A DNA stretch of 64,000 nt from Alphaproteobacteria bacterium. Lineage in GTDB: Bacteria; Pseudomonadota; Alphaproteobacteria; GCA-2746255. The DNA lies in assembly GCA_965249135.1 (NCBI GenBank), contig OZ252220.1, forward strand, positions 704,001-768,000, given 5' to 3'. A program made the position numbers and the translations under genes. The notes beneath the pieces were generated by a model. That model was not told the origin of the DNA, searched no databases, and saw only the letters and a program-made list of their open reading frames with translations. Shown piece by piece: positions 1 to 7,059 of this stretch. Positions within the stretch are counted from its first letter, which is position 1; every line of letters begins with the position of its first letter.

Positions 1-2
1 AT

Positions 3-134
3 TATCTGCATTGCGCGATCGATCGGGCCGATTTGGTCGTCAATGCCGGCCACGACGTGGTTGAAAAACCGCCCTTTTTCATGGAGCACGGGGGCAAGAA
101 AGTTATCCACGTGAACTTCAGCCCGGCCGGGTGA
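3..134 (+). pseudogene. Acetolactate synthase large-subunit family gene, internal fragment truncated at the prophage junction (5' part outside window)
   Basis: Frame starting at 3 reads YLHCAIDRADLVVNAGHDVVEKPPFFMEHGGKKVIHVNFSPAG*, matching the central domain of ALS-type TPP enzymes. It stops at TGA 132-134 inside phage sequence. Not in the ORF track. Confidence 0.75.
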
Positions 135-612
135 TCGGGTTCTCCGGGGCCTCCGGCGCCGCGTCGTCGTCTATGTTGCCGGCGGGGCCGTCGTCGAATG
201 CTGTCAGGCGAGCCGCAATCTCGTCGAGCGTGAACCCGGTGAGGTCGAGATCGAACTCCGCTTCCTCGTGGAGCCAATGGAACTCGGCCCCCAGGAGCTC
301 GTCGTCCCAGCCCGCGTTTTGGGCGATCCGGTTGTCGGCGAGGCGGAACGCCCGCGCCTGCGCCTCGCTCAGATGCTCGAGGCGGATCACCGGCACCGTC
401 TCCAGCTCCAATTGCCGGGCGGCCAACAGCCGGCCGTGGCCCGCGATCAGCACGCCGCGTTCATCCACCAGGCCGGGCACGTTGAAGCCGAAGGCGGCGA
501 TCGAGCCCGCGATCTGCGCCACCTGAGCGTCCGAGTGCGTACGTGCATTGGCGGCGTAAGGCAGCAGCCGGTCGAGCGGCCAGTGCTCGATGTTGAAATC
601 CGATGCCGTCAT
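118..612 (-). pseudogene. Phage ParB-N domain / DNA methyltransferase, C-terminally truncated
   Basis: ATG 612 overlaps the upstream stop (ATGA). PYAANARTHSDAQVAQIAGSI...IAGHGRLLAA...RLADNRIA is the ParB-like N-terminus. It ends at PENPITRPG, where such proteins normally continue (DLW..LG.HRL) into the methylase domain. Confidence 0.8.
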
Positions 613-1502
613 ATGCCGCACATCCCTTCGCACTCGCCGACCCAGAGATCGGATTGATCGACCGGACCCCCGGCCGCGAGTTCCTCCAGCGGGCGGCGGT
701 TCACGTTGACGTAGAGGCGGCCGCCCTTCCTGAGCCCGGCCCGCTCCTGAGCCGGCATGTCGCGGATCAGACGATCGATCGTGACGGCCTCGTTCCAGTC
801 GTTCGGGTCGTCGCGCAGGGCCCGCCACTCGGCTGCACTCCGGTAGGGGCAGAAGGTGCAGGCGGAACGGGGCGGAACCGGATAACCATGGCTGATCAAC
901 CAGTCGGTGCAGTCCTGCCGGCTCATCCAGCGCCCGTGCGGCTCCGGCCCGTCCTTCGTCGCGCGGTCGATCAGCGGGTGGCGCTTGGCGAGCCAGCGGA
1001 CGTCCGAGGGCTTCACGCGTATCCACTCGTCGGCCGAGATCCCCAGCCACGAGCAAGCGAGCGGCACGGCCGAACGGATCGGCTTGTCGGGCGGCCGCCC
1101 GGGCAGCTCCTTGATGCGCCGCTGGATCGGCTTGATCTTGTAGTTGGACGTGCACTCGCGGCGCAGCATCCCGTGCGAGCCGTCGGCGTTGACGGTGAAG
1201 AAGGGCGGCGCGAGGTAGCCGTTCGCGCGGCCCGCCACAGGCTTCACACCGGCCGCGGTCTTGCGGATGTCGTCGGCGAGGTCGGAGAACTGGACGACCT
1301 CGACCGGGAACGGCAGCACGTTGCCCGATCGCAGCCAGTCCAGATGCTCGTAGACCGCCTTCGGCTCCGCACCGGTGTCGGCGAAGATGGCGGCGTCCGG
1401 CATGGGCGCGAGCTCGCCATGGGCCGCCATCAGCGCCATGGTCGTCGACTGCACGCCGGCGCCGAGCGAGATCACGTGCAGGGGCGGTTGCGGCTGGGTC
1501 AT
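609..1502 (-). CDS. Phage PAPS-reductase-like (PP-loop / adenine nucleotide alpha hydrolase) protein with Cys motifs
   Basis: N-terminal VISLGAGVQST and IFADTG, then RECT..YKI.PI, SACTFCPY and C-terminal ECEGMCGI. RBS GGGAGAG upstream. Confidence 0.75.
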   Translation of the reverse strand: MTQPQPPLHVISLGAGVQSTTMALMAAHGELAPMPDAAIFADTGAEPKAVYEHLDWLRSGNVLPFPVEVVQFSDLADDIRKTAAGVKPVAGRANGYLAPPFFTVNADGSHGMLRRECTSNYKIKPIQRRIKELPGRPPDKPIRSAVPLACSWLGISADEWIRVKPSDVRWLAKRHPLIDRATKDGPEPHGRWMSRQDCTDWLISHGYPVPPRSACTFCPYRSAAEWRALRDDPNDWNEAVTIDRLIRDMPAQERAGLRKGGRLYVNVNRRPLEELAAGGPVDQSDLWVGECEGMCGI

Positions 1503-1627
1503 GGGTCTCTCCCATCACGAAAAGGCCGCCCGCGCCCGGCAGGGCGGGACGGCCGATGTCGATGTCTCGTTGGTGGGCGGCGCACCGCGCGGGCCGGTGC
1601 CGATCGCGCCGGTCCGGCGTCCTCGAT

Positions 1628-1735
1628 GGTGGTAACCGGAGGTGGTAACCAGGGTGGTAACCCAGTTTTTCGGCCTGTCGCTGGCGGGATTCCGCGCTGA
1701 GCCCGCCCGCTTGCGTTTACCGCCCGGAAGGACCC
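1628..1735 (-). other. Lambda-like cos packaging site (cosQ-cosN-cosB-like)
   Basis: Minus strand: GGGTCCT (1735-1729), 20 nt, GGGCGGGCTCAG-CGCG (1708-1693), then three GGTTACCACC repeats (1628-1637, 1641-1650, 1653-1662). Lambda has cosQ GGGTCCT and cohesive end GGGCGGCGACCT-CGCG. Confidence 0.7.
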
Positions 1736-1764
1736 GCAATATCAATTGGTTAGCATGGTGATTG

Positions 1765-1839
1765 GTCCCGGATGGGGATCAACACTGGTCCCTGTTTGGG
1801 ACGTCTGGGGTTGGTCCCGGTATGGGACTGTGCTACGGT
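1765..1839 (+). promoter_or_regulatory. higBA promoter/operator: three GTCCC-N5-GGGA(C/T) palindromes and extended -10
   Basis: Palindromes at 1765-1779, 1788-1802 and 1814-1828. TGcTACGGT at 1831-1839 ends 7 nt before the higB ATG (1847). Confidence 0.65.
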
Positions 1840-1846
1840 CGCCGCC

Positions 1847-2149
1847 ATGAGGATCATCGCGCTGGCGACCCTGAAGCGGTTCATCGGCACCGAGCCCGCT
1901 CACGCCGACGCCCGCGAGCCGGTGATGGCGTGGTACCGGCAAGTCAAGGTCGCCGATTGGGCCAGTCCCGCCGACGTCAAACGGGACATCCGCAACGCCA
2001 GCATCCTCAAGGACGGCCGGGCGGTGTTCAATATCGCCGGCAACAAGTACCGCATCGTGGTGTGGATCAACTATCCCTACCGCGTCGTTTACATCCGGTT
2101 CATCGGCACGCACCGGATGTACGACGCTATCGATGCCCAGACGATGTGA
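1847..2149 (+). CDS. higB: Type II toxin HigB (mRNA interferase)
   Basis: MRIIALATLKRF...W..PADVK...RAVFNIAGNKYRIVVWINYPYRVVYIRFIGTH..YDAIDA. Confidence 0.9.
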   Translation: MRIIALATLKRFIGTEPAHADAREPVMAWYRQVKVADWASPADVKRDIRNASILKDGRAVFNIAGNKYRIVVWINYPYRVVYIRFIGTHRMYDAIDAQTM

Positions 2150-2159
2150 GGAGCGAGCC

Positions 2160-2540
2160 ATGGACATTGCACCGATCAAGACCAAACGGGACCACGCCCG
2201 CGCGTTGAAGGACATCGAGAACCTGATGGCGGCGAAGCGCAACGGCCCGGAGGGCGACCGCCTTGATGTCCTGGTGACGCTTGTCGAGGCCTGGGAGGCT
2301 AAGCACTATCCGCTCGACCTGCCGGATCCGGTCGCCGCGATCCGCTACCACATGGAGCAGAGCGGGCTGGCGGCGAAGGATCTGGTGCCCTACATCGGCA
2401 GCCGCAACCGGGTCTACGAGGTCCTCAACCGCAAGCGCCCGCTGACCCTGAAGATGATCTGGCGACTGCACAACGGGCTGGGCATTCCCGCCGAGTCGCT
2501 TATCAAGGCCGACGAGCACGCTGCCGCACGAAGGGCCTGA
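2160..2540 (+). CDS. higA: Type II antitoxin HigA (HTH)
   Basis: MDIAPIKT..D...AL..I..L...D.LDVLVTLVEAWE..HYP...PDPVAAIRYHMEQ.GL...DL.PYIGSRNRVYEVLNRKRPLTL.MI..LH..LGIPAESL. RBS GAGGAG. Confidence 0.9.
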   Translation: MDIAPIKTKRDHARALKDIENLMAAKRNGPEGDRLDVLVTLVEAWEAKHYPLDLPDPVAAIRYHMEQSGLAAKDLVPYIGSRNRVYEVLNRKRPLTLKMIWRLHNGLGIPAESLIKADEHAAARRA

Positions 2541-2578
2541 GACGTCGAGATCGTCGACTGCCACTGAGGACGGAGACC

Positions 2579-2902
2579 ATGACCATCAAGCGCGAGGACA
2601 TCGTCAACCGCCGGGTCGATCTCTCCGACGTCGCCACCGGACGGCGCCTGCCGCCAGTGCGTCCGGGGGAGATTCTGCGCGACGAGTCTCCTGAACCCGC
2701 TCGAGATGAGCGTCTACGGCCTCGCCAAGGCGATCAAGGTGTCGCGGCTGCGGCTCAACGACCTCGTGCGTCGTCACCGCGCCGTCACCACCGACACTGC
2801 GCTCAGGCTGGGGCGGTATTTCGGGACGACGCCTGAGTTCTGGATCAACCTGCGCAGACCCGCTACGATCTCGATGTCACCGAGCGCGCCGTGCGCAATT
2901 AG
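2579..2902 (+). pseudogene. Orphan HigA-family addiction module antidote, two frameshifts
   Basis: LPPVRPGEILRDE in one frame, MSVYGLAKAIKVSR.RLND.V...RAVT.DTALRLGRYFGTTPEFWINL in a second, QTRYDLDV.ER in a third. Indels near 2687 and 2853. End coordinate approximate. Confidence 0.75.
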
Positions 2903-2982
2903 TCCATGGCGCATGAAAGAATCACCGCTCTGGCCGCATCGGGCGAATTCGAGACGCTGGGGTTCAAACGCACGGTGGGAAC

Positions 2983-3444
2983 ATGTCGCGAGGTGGTCAG
3001 AACCATATCTTTGAAGGAACTGTTAGACAGATGAGCGCGAGCGTTTTTCTATCGTGTGGCGTTCGCCGGCTGATGGCGGGCCTGTGCGCCGGCACGATCC
3101 TCGGGCTTTCCTCGGGCGCACTGGCCAACGATTGCGTGGTGACCGACTGGGCGCTCGCCCGCGGGATCGCCACCGGCGCGCCGGTGGACAGGGGACGACG
3201 GTTCACTGTTGCCGACGACCGGGTGCATGCCTACGTCAGGCTGAACTGTACTTGGGTCGACGGGCCGGTTATGTTCCGCTTTGAACGCAACGGCAAGAAC
3301 TATGCGGCGGTGCGCTTGCCGGTGCGGCCAGCGGCCGGTTGGCGCACCTGGGCGTCGGTACGGGCATTGTCGGGGAATTGGCGGATCACGCTGGAAATCG
3401 AGGGGCGCAGAATGCTCGACGATTCATTTACCGTCAGCCGGTAA
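2983..3444 (+). CDS. Secreted DUF2914-like domain protein (start may be 3031 or 3073)
   Basis: Signal peptide ending ALA, followed by LARGI....PVD, V.AYVRL and GWRTWAS.....GNWRI motifs. Confidence 0.6.
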   Translation: MSRGGQNHIFEGTVRQMSASVFLSCGVRRLMAGLCAGTILGLSSGALANDCVVTDWALARGIATGAPVDRGRRFTVADDRVHAYVRLNCTWVDGPVMFRFERNGKNYAAVRLPVRPAAGWRTWASVRALSGNWRITLEIEGRRMLDDSFTVSR

Positions 3445-3539
3445 GACCGCCCAAGTCTTCCAGGTGACGATGAAGCGCAGGTTGCCCAGGAGGGCTTTCA
3501 ACGCCGTTGCACGGCTCATGTCAGGCTCCTTCAGGCAAC

Positions 3540-3570
3540 AAAAAACCCGCCGCGGCGGTGCCGGAGCGGG
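3540..3570 (-). terminator. Intrinsic terminator just downstream of the leftward late promoter (tR'-like)
   Basis: Minus strand CCCGC...GCGGG stem followed by TTTTTT, then RBS AAGGAG and ATG 3519 of a 31-aa remnant ORF. Confidence 0.6.
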
Positions 3571-3604
3571 CTGGGTTCGGACGCACCTATGAGATGGTGG
3601 CAGA

Positions 3605-3652
3605 AACCTACATCTTGTGATAAACACCTGTCAACCCCACAAGATGCTGAAA
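3605..3652 (-). promoter_or_regulatory. Leftward sigma70-type late promoter overlapped by tandem NrdR-box-like sites
   Basis: Minus strand TTGACA (3634-3629)-18 nt-TAGGTT (3610-3605). 16-mers AACCTACATCTTGTGA (3605-3620) and CCACAAGATGCTGAAA (3637-3652) lie 32 bp apart. Confidence 0.6.
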
Positions 3653-3680
3653 TCTAATTTCGCGGTCGGCTCGAGCGTCG

Positions 3681-3696
3681 GGGCCGCTCATAGCCG
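3681..3696 (+). repeat. 16-bp direct repeat copy 1 (GGGCCGCTCATAGCCG)
   Basis: Identical to 5378-5393. Confidence 0.85.
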
Positions 3697-3896
3697 GTCA
3701 GTTAAGCGTCGGGAGTGGGGCCAGCATCGGCTACGAAGCACTCACAGAGGGGCTCGCGCGCGTCGCCGGCAGGGGGGCAGCCGATGTCGTGTCTGGCCTG
3801 GATCATGCCGCTTCGCCGTTTTCTTGCGATAGCGGGCGAAGCGGCCTAGCCTTGCTCTCTGGGTCTCAGCCTTAACAGTAGTGGAGCGCGGTCAGC

Positions 3897-5342
3897 ATGA
3901 ACTTACTCGACGACATCTTGAAGGACGCCAGGCGGGCGCGCCTCATTCCGATCGTTGCCGATTCACGGAAAGAAGAGCGGATTGTATCCGTCCTGCTGGC
4001 GACGCTCTCCGTGGTGAACCCACTTGCTAAGCAGATATTGGAGCGTTGCGCAGTCAGAGTCGGGAAGACATCCGAGCTACGCTGCTACACGGAAGTAGAG
4101 TTTCCAACTTCCAACGGAACCGGGAAGGACCGGCCCGACGGCATCGTGAGCCTAAAAACGCGCGGGAGCCAGTGGGCAGGACTTTTGGAAGCGAAGGTCG
4201 ACGGTGCGGAGATCGATCAGGATCAAGCGTGCCGATATGGAGAGCTAGCGCGCGAGTACGGGATTGACGCGGTAATCACGTTGTCGAACCAATTCGTTCC
4301 ACTACCAACACATATTCCATACTCGGTTCCCAAGCGACTCAGGAATCGGATCAATTTCTTTCACTTTTCATGGGTGAGCATCCTCACCGAGGCGTCACTA
4401 ATTCTCAGAGGAGAAGATATCGAACGTGAACAAGCGTTCATCCTCCGAGAGATGGTGCGCTTTTTTGACCATGGGAATTCGGGGATCAAGCGTTTCGACC
4501 AAATGACCGCAGAATGGCGCCCACTTGTTCTTGGAGTTCGTGATGGGCAGAGCTTTATCCGATCTTCATCGGAAATCGAGAATACCGTCGCGAGCTGGCA
4601 CCAAGAAGAACGAGACGTCTGCCTCATTCTAAGCCGTCGTATTGGCGAGCCGGTCGGTGTCCGCCTTTCCCGCAAGCATCAGGCCGATCCTGACCTTCGG
4701 TTTCGCGAAACATGCAATGTACTGATCGCTTCTCAGGAACTGCATTCCAGCTTCACAATACCGAACGCCGCAAACGATGTTGAAGTAACAGCGGATTTGC
4801 AGCGAAGAACAATCTCGTGTTCCATGAGATTACAAGCTCCTGGTGACAGAAAGCGGACCGACGCGAGGGTGAACTGGCTTGTTCGGCAACTACGGGGTGT
4901 TGAAGGCGACGATGTCATTATTCGGGCGTTTTGGCCCGGCAGGGGGGCGTCGACTCAGGCGGGCCTGCCGGAGGTTAAATCAGACACCAAGTGTCTTGAG
5001 AGCGGGCGTGCGGGTGCGGGTGCGGCACCAACAAATTTCGAGGTTGTAGTAATCAGAGATCTAGCGGGTCGGTTTTCCGGGCGACGGGCCTTTATCGAGG
5101 ACTTGGAAAACCTAATTCCGGAGTTTTACGACCGGATCGGTCAGCATTTACGGCCTTGGACTCCTCCACCTCCCTCAATCGCTAAGCACGATCCAATTCA
5201 AGATACCGATGCCGTCGAAGCGATCGAGAAGCGCAGTGAAGACGGCGTCGCACACTCGGAGCCGGATCAGCCCCGGGATTCGAATAAGCCCGCTCCCTCC
5301 GTGACGGGCATCCAAGGGGGTGGTGCGGTAGAGGAACATTAG
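3897..5342 (+). CDS. PD-(D/E)XK nuclease-fold cargo protein (481 aa)
   Basis: TEVEF...DRPDGIV...LLEAK...Q..RY restriction-endonuclease-like motif. Visibly lower GC than its flanks and opposite in orientation to the phage operon. Confidence 0.65.
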   Translation: MNLLDDILKDARRARLIPIVADSRKEERIVSVLLATLSVVNPLAKQILERCAVRVGKTSELRCYTEVEFPTSNGTGKDRPDGIVSLKTRGSQWAGLLEAKVDGAEIDQDQACRYGELAREYGIDAVITLSNQFVPLPTHIPYSVPKRLRNRINFFHFSWVSILTEASLILRGEDIEREQAFILREMVRFFDHGNSGIKRFDQMTAEWRPLVLGVRDGQSFIRSSSEIENTVASWHQEERDVCLILSRRIGEPVGVRLSRKHQADPDLRFRETCNVLIASQELHSSFTIPNAANDVEVTADLQRRTISCSMRLQAPGDRKRTDARVNWLVRQLRGVEGDDVIIRAFWPGRGASTQAGLPEVKSDTKCLESGRAGAGAAPTNFEVVVIRDLAGRFSGRRAFIEDLENLIPEFYDRIGQHLRPWTPPPPSIAKHDPIQDTDAVEAIEKRSEDGVAHSEPDQPRDSNKPAPSVTGIQGGGAVEEH

Positions 5343-5362
5343 AGATCCTGAGGCTTGGTTGA

Positions 5363-5932
5363 TCAGCCGGCCCGCCTGGGCCGCTCATAGCCGTAATGGA
5401 CGGCCAGCATGCCGAGCGCCGTCACCAGCACACCGGTCGCCTGGCTTGCGAGCATCAACTTTCCGTTCCAACCCTGCTGCATCGCCCATTCGCGCAAAGA
5501 CATCTGCAGCCCGACTACGTGCCAGACGCAGCTGCCGCCGGGGCTTGCCATGCCGCCGAGCGCGTCGAGCGCGTCATGCACGCGGTCGCGCGCCGCGATC
5601 TGGCGGACCGTGAGATCGTCGTTCCAGGTCATCTTCTCGCCGCGCAGCCGCCTCACGCGAACGATCGAGGCGGTGGCCGTGGTGTCGTAGGCGGCGATGG
5701 TGAAGTGGGCCTGGAAGTCACGCGCGGCCTGATGCATGGCACGCGTGATGGTGCCCGCCTTGCGCATGCGCGCCAGCGTGTCGACGGTGCGGACAAGGGT
5801 GACCGGCCGGCCCTCGGGGTCCGCCGCGCGCACCGTCTCGAGCGTGCGGCCGCCGGGCAGGCGCATGGCCTCCGGCTTCGCGCGTTGGACCCGGGCCTTG
5901 CCCTTGGGGGCGCGCTTCCTGCGTTTAGCCAC
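5363..5932 (-). CDS. DUF6456-like protein, probable late-gene regulator (Q-like position)
   Basis: VDTLARM...G.IT..M..AARDF...F..A and ALDALGG..SPGGSCVWHVVGLQMSLREWA..QGW. Last gene of the replication operon, before the late promoter. Confidence 0.65.
   Translation of the reverse strand: MAKRRKRAPKGKARVQRAKPEAMRLPGGRTLETVRAADPEGRPVTLVRTVDTLARMRKAGTITRAMHQAARDFQAHFTIAAYDTTATASIVRVRRLRGEKMTWNDDLTVRQIAARDRVHDALDALGGMASPGGSCVWHVVGLQMSLREWAMQQGWNGKLMLASQATGVLVTALGMLAVHYGYERPRRAG
5378..5393 (+). repeat. 16-bp direct repeat copy 2, inside the 3' end of the DUF6456-like gene
   Basis: Identical to 3681-3696. Confidence 0.85.
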
Positions 5933-6167
5933 GCGCCGCTGTCCGATGGTCTCGCATGGACACGGTGCGCCCGCATGCGTCTCTGCCCGGCTCCGATTGT
6001 CTGCCGTAGAGTTTCTCGCCGAGCCTCTTGACCAGCTCGCGCTCGGGCCAGGTGAGGCGGCCGTCCTCGGCGGCGATCACCAGAATGCCCTGCTCGCGCC
6101 AGCCCTCGCGTTTGATCTCGCCGGCCGGCCGGCGCCCGCCGCCATAGCCCTTGGGCAACCACCTCAC
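5925..6167 (-). CDS. Conserved phage hypothetical protein
   Basis: GTG 6167 overlaps the upstream stop. Reads MRWLPKGYGGGRR...IKREGWREQGILVI..ED.RLTWPERELV..LGEKLYG. Confidence 0.65.
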   Translation of the reverse strand: MRWLPKGYGGGRRPAGEIKREGWREQGILVIAAEDGRLTWPERELVKRLGEKLYGRQSEPGRDACGRTVSMRDHRTAARG

Positions 6168-6421
6168 CGGTTGATCTCCCGCAAGCAGGCGCCGTAGCCG
6201 AGGACGTCGACGAGGCTGTCGAGATGCCTGGGGTCGTGGGCGAGCCGCGCCATCTTGAGGTCCATCAGGCAGACCGCCACCTGGGCCGCCGTGACCCGGA
6301 TCCCGAGCACCTGCGACCAGCGGGCGGCGACATGCTCGAACAGATCCTCGGGCGCGCCGTAATCGGCCCGGCGCTTGTCGACGGCGCCGGCGGCGTGCTG
6401 GAGCAGCATGGCGCCGTTCAT
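6164..6421 (-). CDS. DUF6378-like phage protein
   Basis: R...YG.P...F..VA.RWS.VLG..VT..QVA.CL.DLK.ARL......DS.VD..GY. ATGA coupling with the upstream gene. Confidence 0.7.
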   Translation of the reverse strand: MNGAMLLQHAAGAVDKRRADYGAPEDLFEHVAARWSQVLGIRVTAAQVAVCLMDLKMARLAHDPRHLDSLVDVLGYGACLREINR

Positions 6422-7029
6422 CGCGCACCCGCCCGGCTCTCGATCGCCCACAGCAGCAGCGCGATGGCGTCGGCCTCGTTGTCGTCGGCAGGGTCAAACC
6501 CGCGCTCGCGGACGGCGGCGATTACCGCCTGCTTGGACGCGTTGCCCTTGCCGGTGACGTGACACTTGATGGTGCCGACCGGCACGCCCTGATAGGGAAT
6601 GGAATGGTGCTCGCACCAGGCGGTCGCATGCGCCAGGAAGCCGCCGTAGATCTGAGAAGCGCTGGTGCCGGCGTGGCGGCGGACCTCCTCGAGGCAGACC
6701 GCATCGATGCCGCCGGCCGTATTCTTGATCTCGGTCAGCCAGCCCTTGAAGCGCAGGAATCGCATCCCGCCGCCGGAGAACCGGTCCGGGCGGAACGACA
6801 TGGTGCCACTGGTGATGGCGCCGTCTCCGTCGCGGAGCGCCCAGCCGGTCGCGGTGCCGAGATCGAGGGCGAGCACGGCGCCGGGACCGGACACGCCGGA
6901 GTCGGTGGCGGCCGGCACCGGGGGTTCGGCCACCGGGCGGGCAATACCGGCATTGCCGCCGTGCCGGGCAGCCGGCAGCCGGGCGCGGTGTTCAAGCGGC
7001 GGTTTCTTGGGCAGAGTTACATGAGCCAT
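6418..7029 (-). CDS. Phage RuvC-like Holliday junction resolvase
   Basis: VLALDLGTATGWA, EEVRRH, VGTIK.HVTGKGNASK and DDNEADAIALL motifs. Confidence 0.8.
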   Translation of the reverse strand: MAHVTLPKKPPLEHRARLPAARHGGNAGIARPVAEPPVPAATDSGVSGPGAVLALDLGTATGWALRDGDGAITSGTMSFRPDRFSGGGMRFLRFKGWLTEIKNTAGGIDAVCLEEVRRHAGTSASQIYGGFLAHATAWCEHHSIPYQGVPVGTIKCHVTGKGNASKQAVIAAVRERGFDPADDNEADAIALLLWAIESRAGAR

Positions 7030-7059
7030 GGTGATCTCCTTTGATCGGGGTTGTCGTGG

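Noticed and set aside
609-1502. Complete Dnd/Ssp phosphorothioate system or CysH sulfate assimilation
   Set aside because: No dndB/D/E, sspB/C or cys genes in the window. Kept only as an open DNA-modification hypothesis.
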